From Amoebidium appalachense (Eukaryota; Protista; Ichthyosporea), in assembly GCA_963693365.1 (NCBI GenBank), contig CAVNZM010000009.1:1056231-1120230 (forward strand): a DNA stretch of 64,000 bases, in the 5' to 3' direction. Positions 1 through 13,476 of this stretch are shown here, one piece after another. The notes below the pieces were generated by a model that searched no databases, was not told where the DNA came from, and saw only the letters and a program-made list of their open reading frames with translations. Position numbers and translations under genes: made by a program. Each line of letters begins with the position of its first letter. Position 1 is the stretch's first letter.

Positions 1-382
1 AGCACGTAACATTGTGGTAATAATAGACTTTGTGAACGGTTGTGTTACTAATGTGAAAAAATTTTAGTAAACGAATGCAGCGTGTGTGTAATCTGCATGG
101 TAATCGCATGATAAGCATTATTGAAGAGCTTGTTGCCGTTGTATCACGAGCCATAATGGAATATTTGCAAATGAGGTAGGCTCGTGGATACGATGGAAGC
201 CCTAGGTATAAGGAGATGTTTGATACAAAATCTAGAACGGCAATATTTGAAACTATTTCCCAAAAGGTAAGCTTAAAACCAAAATCGTACGCTTTTGTGT
301 GTGTCTGGGCCCTAAATGCGCCCCCCCCTCCCCCCCCTCTCCCCCGCCTATAGCTGAGAACTCAGAGGTTGAATCTCCCACC

Positions 383-421
<39 letters not shown>

Positions 422-911
422 CTCTACATCATCGGAACGTGCTTGGTCCAATCAGGTGCGAGGGGACTTCGTTGTAAGAACCAAAGTGTTGCGAATCTCA
501 AAGAGATGAGGTGTGGTCAGGTGTCGGGCATAAGGCAAATAGAAATCCCATGGGCACACAGGCACCCGTACCCACATGCGTGCGCATACACACACAGAGA
601 GAGAGAGAGAGAGAGGGAAGGGGGGGGGGGGGTTCTTGTGTTTGTGCGTATGCAAGTCCGGTATCAACCACCCCTCCCCCCCCCCCCTCCTCCCCTGGGC
701 CCCCCCGGGCCCCGGCGCCACAAGCAGGCCCTGTACAGCCCGAACACCATATAATGCATGTGTGCAGTGTGTGCACAGGCCGGCACGTGCGGGTCCCGGA
801 GCACACACACACAGTCACCCCACATACAAGTGCACATGCACACACTGTAGCACATGTGCAAACACAGACACACGCGTGCCACACCACACACACACATCCA
901 CACAAGCCCAT

Positions 912-952
<41 letters not shown>

Positions 953-1224
953 CACACACACACACACTATACACAAACACACAAACGTACGCACACACGG
1001 GACCTTACACACACACACGTGTACCACCCAAACACCCACACACATACATGCACACACACGTGTGTGTTATGGTGTAGGCTATATGCATTGCAGAATCTGT
1101 AATCCTGCGGCGGCTGCCATGCTGTTACGGTTGTTGTTGTTGTTTGGGGGGGAGGGGGGGGGGGGGGGGGGGGGGGGGGGAGGGGGGGGAGAGGAGGATA
1201 ACATTTCTAGATCTCGGTGACAAT

Positions 1225-1600
1225 GAGAGAAAGAGGGAGAGAGATTTGTCATCTCTACCTGCTTGCATGGAGGTGGGAGGGAGATATGAGCGCACAGAAA
1301 TTTTGTTAATCCCTATGTATCTCCCTGCCTGCCACGGGAGAGGAAAGGAAATACAAGATGACATAACTACATCACCGTGTAGAGAGGGAGGGAGATATCA
1401 CCGGACTGAGATATGTTATATCTCCCAGCTTGCTGTAGAGAGGGAGGGAGATATCACCGGGCTGAGATATGTCAGATCTCCCAGCTTGCTGTAGAGAGGG
1501 AGGGAGGTATCACCGGACTGAGATATGCCATATCTCCCTCCTTGCCGTAGACAAGTTGGATGGAGATATATCATATCCCTCCGCTTCCCGTAGAGAGACT
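1225..1600. repeat. ~56-bp tandem minisatellite (3 good copies at 1379-1547 plus degenerate flanks)
   Basis: The unit GTAGAGAGGGAGGGAGATATCACCGGACTGAGATATGTTATATCTCCCAGCTTGCT recurs at 1379, 1435 and 1491. It has an internal inverted pair GGGAGATAT/ATATCTCCC. A related fragment lies near 8225-8320. Confidence 0.8.
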
Positions 1601-2167
1601 TACCCCACCAATAAGAACCCGCTAGTGGCCATACTCGGTTTTATTATGGTACACAGAAGGTGCCCCCCCCCCCCCCCCCCCCCCTCCCCCCATTCCCCCC
1701 CACCCCCCACCCCCCCCCCCCACCCCGTTGCCCCCCCCCATCCCCCCCAACAAGGGTCTTGTCGTGGCAAGGCTCAGGGCGCGATACGTTTCATGCGCAC
1801 TCTTCAGTGCCCCGGATGATCCCTGCCCTGCCGTCAGTCCACACACACGGGCACGGGCACACATGCATATATGCACAGCCATACACATCACATACTGGCA
1901 CGGACGCGGGCACACATATGCTGCACACCCATGCACATTGCACGGGCACACACCACGCACAAGTATGCACACTCATACACATAAACACACGCCCGTGCAC
2001 GGGCACACATATGCATGCACAAATACTCCACCCAAACACCGGCACACACACACGGATACGGACACACACGCACAAATATGTACAACCATGCAGATAAACA
2101 CATACAGGGGCACGGGCACACGTGCAAATATGCACACCTATACACATTGGGGGTTTTTTTTTTTTTT

Positions 2168-2209
<42 letters not shown>

Positions 2210-2332
2210 AAGGGTGATTTTCGGGGGCTTGGGGTGTCACAGTGGTGGCGGGACCCGGTGTCGTGCTGGTGCCACGGTGGTGTTGGTGTATGAAGTGTGT
2301 GTGTGCATTTAGACTGTGTGTGTGTGTGTGTG

Positions 2333-3767
<1,435 letters not shown>

Positions 3768-3903
3768 TTGTGTGTGTGTACGCACCTGCACGTATGTGCG
3801 TGGGTGCGTGGGTGCGTGGGTGTGTGGATGTGTGGGTGTGTGCGTGCGCGCAGGCGGGCAGGCGGGCGCGCAGGCGGGCCGGCGGACGGGCGGGCGGGTG
3901 GGC

Positions 3904-4071
<168 letters not shown>

Positions 4072-4351
4072 ATTAACCAGGCCCTCTGTTGTTGTTGTTA
4101 CTTTCTCCAATGATCCATTCTGTTTAAGGGAAACTTGATTTTGAAATAGGGGGAGAGGGAGGGGCTAGCAGCAACTTTGAGGGGGAAGGGGACCCCCCCC
4201 CCCCCCCCCCCCTTTGGATGGGTGGGTATTCCCCTCGGAGGGGGGGACGGGGGGGGGGGACCCACTCACGCTAGCAGGTGGAGGGTGGAGGGGGGGGGGG
4301 AGGGGGGGGGGGGGGGGGAAGGGGAGGAATGCCCATCATCCACATACTTAA

Positions 4352-4865
4352 GGCCCCAACCACGTCGGCTGAGTCAACTTGCTCCGAGCAGAACACACCG
4401 GGTGTGAAATTTTGTGCAAAAAGCAGAATTATTCTGCCAGAGCAGAATTATTCTGATAAAAGCAGATATGTTCAGCAAAAGCAGAATTATTCGACAAAAC
4501 CAGAATTGTTCTGCTAAAAGCAGACTTATTCTGCTATTAGAAGCAGAATTAGTCTGCTATAAGCAGAAATATTTTGCTATAAGCAGAGTTATTCTGCTGT
4601 CGAAAGCAGAGTAATTCTGCTGTCAAAAGCAGAGTAATTTGCTTTTTGCTGGACAATTCTGCTAAAGCAGAGTAACTCTACTAAAACCAAAGTGATTCTG
4701 TTCAATTGGAAGCAGAATATTTCTGCTTTTTCAGAATAATTCTGCTTTTTGCAGAAAGATTTTTTTTTTTTTTTGCTGATGTATTCTGGATTTTGCAGAA
4801 TAATTCCACTTTTCGCAGAATAATTCTGGTTTTTGCACGTGGACTCTGCCGATGTGGTTGGGCTC
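4352..4865. mobile_element. Non-autonomous MITE, possibly PIF/Harbinger-like
   Basis: Imperfect ~30-bp terminal inverted repeats: left GGCCCCAACCACGTCGGCTGAGTCAACTTGC; right reverse complement GAGCCCAACCACATCGGCAGAGTCCACGTGC. Flanked by TAA and TTA. The interior is AAAAGCAGAATTATTCTG-type units, forward at 4420-4640 and inverted at 4710-4830. No transposase. Confidence 0.75.
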
Positions 4866-4870
4866 TTAGT

Positions 4871-4907
<37 letters not shown>

Positions 4908-5039
4908 TCCCCCCCCCCCCCCCCCCCCCCCCCCCCAAACACACACACACACACACAAAAAAAAAAAAGAAACAAAGGAGGGGGGGGGGGGGGGGGGGGG
5001 CACCATGTCGCACACACACACACACACTTCCGCACACAA

Positions 5040-5137
<98 letters not shown>

Positions 5138-5284
5138 CACATATGCGGCATTGTGGAATCGGGCACGTTTCTGCATTCTTACAACACGATGCATATGTAC
5201 TTGAGCACACATATGCTGGGGGACCTGGTACCATGCGGCAAGCACACACACACAAAAAAAAATACACACATCTCGGCACAACAA

Positions 5285-5338
<54 letters not shown>

Positions 5339-5953
5339 ATACAGCTCTGTGAGCACGCCGCATCATAGTGATAGCGTTGCCCCCACTGAGTAATTCATGG
5401 TTTGAAACGCTGATCGTTAAACAAATATATTGGTGGGTGGGGTCAAGGGAATTTCAAAGCGATATGTTTGGCCATATTATGGGGAGAAGGGGAGGAACCA
5501 CCCATTCCGAACTGTTGCTGCCCCCCCCCCCCCCCCCCCCCCCCGGCTCCCCGCCCCGTGATACTACCGGTATCCGGGGACCCCCCCCCCCCCCCCCCCC
5601 CCCGCCCCCCTCCCCCCCCTCCCCCCCCCCCCCCCCCCTTCCCCCCTCCCCCCCCTCCCCCCCCACCCACTTTCCTCCCCTCCCATCTCAAATATTGGAA
5701 CACTTCAATACAAGAGAAGGGCATGAGCCGGGAGGAATAAACCGTGGTATAACACATGCATGTATATAAAGGGATATATAAGGGCAATAGATGAAAAAAC
5801 AGCTGACAATGTTAACGTTTATTATACTTACACATCGAATTTAAGTTAAAAATGAATACAATTGTAACTTATATTATTCCTTGCCGGTGATTCCAAAACC
5901 ATTATCCAACAATTTCGGACACGCTGGATTTTTTTTTCTTTTTCTTTCTTTTT

Positions 5954-5992
<39 letters not shown>

Positions 5993-6502
5993 AGGGGGGG
6001 GGGGGGGGGGGAACGGTTAACGAAGAACAAGTCGAATCACACACACATACAAGTATAAAAACCATCGAATTCGAAAGAAGACAGAATAATAATACTTGAA
6101 ACGAAATACTAGGAATCCGCCCGTTTCCCCCTTTTTTCTCTGTGCGACTGCAGGCCGGCGTGAGCACGTGGCACTATTGAAGCAGTGGTCAAAAACGGCG
6201 CCAGATATGGAATGATATTGAATGATTGATCGAAGATCGCCATGGATTTTTAGCGCCATACTTAGGCATATAAACAATGCTTTGATTGGTTTATATGATT
6301 TGGCATGGCATTCCAAAAGCTATTTCGATTGGCTTATATAGGGATGACAGATGCCTTCGTAGATCTATTCATCTGGACGAGATGTGCAGAGCGCGCAGCC
6401 AAGGGGTATATCAGAGGCACAAATGCCCACCAGAAAGCAGTACAACAGCATCAAGCAACATAAAGAGTAGTCTAAACGCCAGCTAAATCCTACAAAAGCA
6501 TC

Positions 6503-6509
6503 TATAAAA
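6503..6509 (+). promoter_or_regulatory. TATA-box-like motif upstream of the putative secreted-protein gene
   Basis: TATAAAA about 60 bp upstream of the ATG at 6567, which is in a CAACATG context. Confidence 0.4.
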
Positions 6510-6566
6510 TCCTCCAGTCAAGATACAACCCCAGCCTATTAGCGCTGTACCAACAACTACTACAAC

Positions 6567-7050
6567 ATGTCGCCCCTCACCTTCCTCCTCTCCGCTGCCC
6601 TTGCTGCCTGCGCTGCTGCCGCCAGTCTGCCCTACCCAGGAAGTCCGCTATGTTACGCCATTTTGCCGAGCGCGTGCGATTCTAGGCCTGCCAACGGCCA
6701 CCTGCTCGCAGGATGCCGTGCGATCCATCCCTTTGCAACGATGCTCCCCCTGAAATGTGCTCGAGAGACACAGCATCAATGACGTAGACCCACCTAGCGA
6801 TGTTCTCCCATGGGATCCAGCTGAGGCTATCGTCTTGCTTGGGAGCTTGCAGGTGCCTGAGGCCGGTGCCAGTTCCCTGCACGCGCGCAGTGCACGTGCA
6901 TGGCCAGGCCACGTACACGCACGGCGCAACATCTTCAACGACATTGGGGACGGCTTCACTTCGGCCGCTGACAAAGTCGCCGACTTCAGCTCCGACGCAG
7001 TGAAGACGACAGGGGGCGATTCAAGTTCAAAACGGGAACGGAGGGCGGAT
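6567..7050 (+). CDS. Putative small secreted protein; exon structure unresolved
   Basis: The N-terminus MSPLTFLLSAALAACAAAASLP is signal-peptide-like. A second frame (6757-7086) carries HARR-NIFNDIGDGFTSAADKVADFSSDAVKTTG. No convincing splice joining the two frames was found. Confidence 0.4.
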
Positions 7051-7634
7051 GGGGGGGGGGGGGGGGGGGGAAGGACTCAGGGATGATTCATGGTGGGATT
7101 AATAACGGGTTCATGTATTTTTGTGGTTGGGTGCATACATACATAGCATGAGGTATTCCTTTGACTAACTCGTACCTGGGTGTAGTTGTTATTTTGCTTT
7201 GTTTTCTGCAAAACGTTGCTATATGCGGAATATATGGAACACAAATATGCAAACCACGGCAGTTTAGGATGCCTTGGAAGTCTCAGGGTCACAAAAAACG
7301 TTGAAGCCTATTGATGCTTAATACATAACGGGCAAAATTTCACTGAGTGACTTTGTACAACGTGTCACAACGTTAGAAAGAATCCACTAAACCGTTATTG
7401 CGTCCCCCCCCCCCCCCCCCCTCCCCCCCCCCTCCCTCTCCAGATCACCCCCTCGTTCTGTCAAATGCAGCAGTAACGTTTTACCCCTGTCCCTCTTCCT
7501 GCTCATCCGTTCCTCCCCCCCCCCCCCCCCCCCCCCCCCCCCCACCCTTACCAGCGCACATACAACCCTGAAACCAGGGACTTTGTCCCCATTCAAATAC
7601 TGTGTATGATATATGTATCATCCTACACAGTGTG

Positions 7635-7694
7635 TAGCAAGACGGGTGTCCCGGGCTTACGTATATATGTAAGCCCAGGACATCCGTCTTGCTA
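7635..7694. repeat. 60-bp near-perfect palindrome
   Basis: TAGCAAGACGGGTGTCCCGGGCTTACGTAT|ATATGTAAGCCCAGGACATCCGTCTTGCTA; the arms differ at 3 of 30 positions, all transitions. Confidence 0.9.
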
Positions 7695-8109
7695 GGTGAC
7701 TTATAAATATATTCCCTCCGCGAGCTCGTGCGTGATTTATTGGTTAATGGTTTGAGAATTGCAACATAGCCACGTGCACATTTATGATGCGCCTGAGTTC
7801 CAACGGTTTATCCCCTTCCTTACTAAGATAGGTGCTAGCGCTTGTCCGCCGGACAACGAACCCATTAGCACCCCAAATCAAGCAGAGAGATATCCCTACT
7901 AGATATGTGGAGCTACATATATAGAGATATTGTTTTAGTAACTACGGCAACAAAGTGTGCTAATGACCAACGAACAAACTTTAAAAGGTAGGACCGAAGC
8001 GACTAGTTCTAGGAGACGTTACGAAGGGTTTATGTGCATAAACGTTGGTGAATAAACGCCCTTGCGAACATGCGCCGCAATGTTTTTTTTTTTTTTTTTG
8101 TTTTTTTTG

Positions 8110-8161
<52 letters not shown>

Positions 8162-9730
8162 TCTTATTGGCGGAAAGTGTTTGTACCCTTAGTGCTATCT
8201 GCTTGAATGTCGTAAAGAGCCTCGTGGATGGAGATGTTGCAACATTATATTTCATATCTCCCTGCCTGCCCGTGGAGAGGAAGGGAAGGATGAAACGTCT
8301 TTCCCTACTTGCCGCTCAAGATTTGAGTTTGCGGGTGTGTGCGTTGAATGTGGCGGAGATGTGTGCTATCATAATGTGTTGTGCGTGTAAAAAGCAACAT
8401 GTGTGTGTGTGTGCAGGAAATTCAATAAAGCTCGGCCTTGAGGTTTGGTTGGAGTGTGGCGCAGAAAGTCCGAAATGCACGAAGAAAGAGATTGTGGTGG
8501 GCTTCAACCGGGTAACAAGTGTGTTTGTGTGTGTGTGTGTGTGCACAACAGTAATAGTGGAACTGTTTCTTGTTTTCCATAAGGGGGGGGGGGGGGGGGG
8601 GGGGGGGGGTAAAGGAGGGGAAGCGAGTGCAGGGAAGAAGGAAAGGTGGCGAGGGGGGATGGGGGGGGGGGGGGGGGGGGGGTGGACGAGATACATGGAA
8701 GTTTGCCGGACTGGGAGGGGGGGGGGGGGGACGGGGGAGGGGGGAGCCAGTGGGGGGGGGGGGGGGGGGGGGGGAGGCAGCGGGGCTGGGCATCTTGTAT
8801 GTTGGAGGTCAGGGGGGCTTGGGAGCGGAAAGTGGTGGCGAGGGTCGGATTGGGTGCACTGTGTTGCAACATATATGTAGCCCCTTGCCCCCTTGCTCCA
8901 CCCGCTTCCCCTCAAACAATATCATTCTCCCCTTCCCTATTCGCCGAGTGCGCACGATCCCCCTTACCCCTGGGTTTCCCACCCCAAGTGTATAGTATTA
9001 AACGTTTTTTTTTCGTATACAACCACTCCCTTGATGTTAAACTTTCCCAACGCAACCGGAAAACCGCCAAAGTGGCCGCCCAACCACCAACACCAAGTTG
9101 GCACCGTCGACGTCAACGTGCAGAATAAAGCCTCCGCACCAAAGGCTTCCATAGTATGTAACAATTTTTTTTTGGCAAAGCTGCGTTTGAAATTCCGCCT
9201 ACGGGTATACTTCAGGGTTAGATTGTCGTATATATTTTTGAAGAGTTTTCTCAGCTGAGTGTTCGAGTGTCACAGTGCAAGTAGTCATTGGCACACTCCG
9301 TGTCTGAGACTCTACGGTAGTTAGTTACTGTATTGTTGATTGCATCTTTCTTATTGATGATAGCATCTGTGACATCTCGTCCGCTCATACTCTTTGGTAA
9401 AGTTACAAAGTTTTTAAAACAAAAAATTCCGCCGGAATGTACTCAAGAAATAGCTTCCCGGGCCCTCCCCCTCCCTCCTCCCCCCCTTGTCGCGCCCGTG
9501 CCAAGATCAATTTTTTCACAGGCTGAAAATGTTCCCCATACAATTTCAGCACTTTTATTACACCCTGCAATATAACCCTCTTTCTCAACCTTCATGAAAA
9601 CAACCTTTTGAATATTTTCGCGACGGCCGCCCATTGTTTCCCTTATGTCCGCCCTGCCCTCCCCCCCCCCCCCTCCCCCTCCTCCCTCGAAGTTTAACAA
9701 AAGCAAAATATCCACACACACGTGCGCGCG

Positions 9731-9789
<59 letters not shown>

Positions 9790-9927
9790 ACACACACACA
9801 CAGTGCACACACACACACACACCCGTGACACACACACACCACACGGCATACACTTGATCTCCCGGCCCATCCCACCCCCTCCTCCCCTTCGAGGAGCTCT
9901 CCGGCCTGCCTTCACCGGGGAGTCACC

Positions 9928-9970
<43 letters not shown>

Positions 9971-10040
9971 AGTACACCTCCGGCCTCCCTGGGCCCCTTC
10001 CCCCCAACCATCACACGCACACACACATGTACACACACAC

Positions 10041-10078
<38 letters not shown>

Positions 10079-10762
10079 ACATGAAAACACACAATTGGGT
10101 ACACGCACGCACACACACACACACACTGTGACCACACATACAGGCCCACACAAACACACACAGGCGTACGTACACGTGGACACACACACACACGCACACG
10201 CACACACGTACACAGTCACACACACACACACAGTCTGGCACAGGACATACGGTAACCATGGCCATATGATGTGTACTCAATCACACAAACACATACAGTC
10301 CCGACACACACATATGCCTGCACTACATATGGCACATGCAGCCTCAGACTATGATGATGCACTCACACGGTGACTCAAATGGCAAGCAGCGATGCACATA
10401 CACGTAACATCATGTTGTGACACACATGCACACAGACACACGTTCACCAAGGCCAATACATCTCTGAATATACTTGTCTGATAAATGTTCAAATTGTGCG
10501 CACTTCAGCACAAACACATACACCATCTCCTCATCCCTTTGTCTCTCACAGATTCCCCCCCCCCCCCCCCCCCCCCCCACCCCCCGGCAGTATGCTTCTC
10601 TCTCTTGTCCGGCCCGCGCAAACACACGTGTACTGCCAGCAGCATCATCATGCTTGGCTGTGCTTGAGTGCGTGAAGTGTGTGTTCATTAATAGGAACAC
10701 AGTTACTGTATGCATGTGGTAGCAAAGAAGAAGAAGCAGGGCGAGGGGGGGGGGGGGGGGGG

Positions 10763-11038
10763 TTTTGAATGCGTCAAAAAGTACGAAGTACACAAGAACA
10801 AACGGATAACACGATGCAGAATGCAAGCCATACATAAAGAGTATGCATAATAAGCAGAGCCCATCCTCAGGGGGGGCCCACGTCATCCACAGTACCCGAG
10901 TTTCGACCTATTCCCCTCGTTAACGAAACCCAACTCAGATACTGTTTCACTTGAACATGAGTAGGTCACCCGTCTTGATCAGAGACGAGCAGGGTTGCTT
11001 ATGCAGGCAAGGGCAGTGGGAAAGGCCGGGGGTTAAAG
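10763..11038 (-). mobile_element. Dispersed structured repeat family, copy A (subfamily 1)
   Basis: Near-identical reverse complement of 36097-36375. Contains CATAAGCAACCCTGCTCGTCT...GGTCGAAACTC...CCCTGAGGATGGGCTCTGCTTAT...GCATTCAAA followed by poly-C. Confidence 0.85.
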
Positions 11039-11702
11039 TTGCAGCAGTAAGCAGAAGCAAGAAAAATATAGATAGGAACTCAGGAGACGGGGCTTCTAGG
11101 GAAGCTCCCCCGTCGATACCTAAGTCGATACTTCCCTGGCTAACATACTACACCAGCTGAAAAGAATTAAGTCCCGAGGGGGGGGGGGGGGGGGCTCGAT
11201 GAGACAAACATTTCGACTGATTGATCAATGACAACCCATACATCGAGCACGGGTACTCTACTCTTTATTTCTCGTTGGTCCCCAAATCGATACCAAATAA
11301 AAATGAAAAAATAATCCACACTACTGGTTTTTAATACTAGCAAGGCTTCTCCTTGCATCAATATAAAACACAACCACCCACCAAGCAAGGCGAACAGAAA
11401 TATGCTTACGACTGCACAAAACACCAAGATAAATCCCACAAACACACAACCGCAGTATAAATTCACCATTAAATTTAACGGTCCACAACCATTGGCAGAG
11501 ATTGCACAATATCCTCTGCATAGTCCCGTTTGCTTTATGACCGGCCACCGCGGAATCCTGCGGAGAAACATCATCGATTATTATTAGCGTGCCTTGCAAT
11601 AGTACATCACCACACCTGAAGTGTAGGAAACACGGGAGCTGGGCCAAAAATGATCTTAAAAAAAAATTGGGAAAGCGGAGACACGAAAAGAGCCACATAT
11701 GT

Positions 11703-11746
<44 letters not shown>

Positions 11747-12097
11747 GTGGTGGTGGTGGTGGGGGGGGGGGGGGGGGGGGAAGGTGGGGGGGTTGCAAGC
11801 AAGCACACATCTTAGATACGCACACAGAGCGATAAAATCAAAGCCCTTCCTTCCCCCAAAAGAAGCGAAACGGGAGCTTCAAGGAAAGTGGGCTAGGGAG
11901 GTGGGGAGATGTGAGGATGTGTTCCAGATGCAGAGCAAGAATTGCTGTTACAGATAGAAGAGTAAAAAGTACATCAGGCGGACAAAGCTAGGGACCGGGT
12001 GGTTTAGAATGCGTGGAGTACGAATTCACGACGGACAAATCCAGGCTAGTCTTGCCCAATACACACACAAAGTATGCAACATGAGTAAAACTTATCA

Positions 12098-12138
<41 letters not shown>

Positions 12139-13003
12139 ATGCAAGGGCCAGAATTTTGAAAGTGGGGACAACATAAAACACCACAAAACCAAAAAAACTA
12201 GAAACCAAATAATAACAATCATAACAATAAAAAAGGTGCAGTCAAGAGACAATTTGGACGCCGGGGGGGGGGGGGGGGGGGGGGGGGAGGGGGGGGGGGG
12301 GGGAGAAGAACTGGACGAGAAAAGCACACACAGAAACGACACCTGGCAGGAATGTCTGCACATACAAATGCCTACAGCTATGCATACCCCCCCCCCCTCC
12401 CTTCATATTCATCACACACACACATGCACAAACACACACACACATACACGCACACGCACACACAGTCGCTTTACCATGCAATCAACATGCAGCCAACCAA
12501 CTTAGATCAGTCACGGAACCCAACAGCAACACAGTAGTGGAGCAGAAATACACCCGATCACGGCCACACACAAAAAAAGGAGTTGCAAGAGAGCCCACGG
12601 CCGACCTTTCCATCCTAACATCCACTTAATACATGCTTTCCCTCCTTGAACACACACATACACGACCGCCCATTAATGGATGTGTACATATACAAACAAA
12701 CACACAAAGGCACAAACATTAGACACACACACACACATGGGACGTGTACCCACGGCGACACACCTCTATTCACAAAGGGATATGTGAGGACAACGCACGG
12801 CAGTACACGTCCATGTGATATTATTACACAAACATACACCAACGGTGCACGTCCAAACCTACGTAAACACACGAAGGGCATGTGTGGAACATACACACCC
12901 AATACACAGACAACGACCAAGTGATATCCACAGAAGCAAAACAGACACCCGTACATGAACACACAGAACATTTACTCGCACACACACACACACACACACT
13001 TAC

Positions 13004-13438
13004 CACCGCCGCCGCCACCTCTGCTGAAACCTCCGCCGCCGCGTCCCCCACCACCCCTCCCACCAAACGAACCCCCCCTACCCCCAAACCCACCACGACC
13101 CCCCCTTCCACCACCAAATCCACCACCGCGGCCGCCACCAAAGCTGCCACCCCGACCACCACGGCCACGTGCTGTGAAGAGGGGAAAAGACAACATCAGG
13201 AACAGTGTGTCTGTGTGTGTGTGTGTGTGCCAGTGTGAGTGTGGGTGTGTATGTGTTTGCGATGGAGGGAGAGGAAACGGGGAAGAGGACTGCAGTATAG
13301 GTTGCTTTATGCATGTAAGAGGAGGAAATGTGGGTGTGCAATGTGTCACGGTGTAGACGTACACATTCACGGCGGGCAATATGATAATATGATGAAGATC
13401 TTGCGAAGCACACACGAATTATATGTATGCATCATAAA

Positions 13439-13476
<38 letters not shown>

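Noticed and set aside
2-268. TAG reassignment to a sense codon, suggested by a frame reading past TAG here and by the F-box gene
   Set aside because: No in-frame TAG occurs in well over 3000 codons of GAR1, TBC1D7, the kinase, hexokinase and the zinc-finger ORFs. The 2-268 frame has no recognisable homology.
10410-10886. Duplicated hydrophobic ORF MTWAPPEDGLCLLCILFMYG (also 36250-36459)
   Set aside because: It is part of the dispersed repeat, is not conserved in subfamily 2, and runs into poly-C.
11840-12620. Candidate GAR1 terminal exons (acceptors near 12615 and 11946)
   Set aside because: The translations are not RGG-like, and there is no basis to choose without transcripts.
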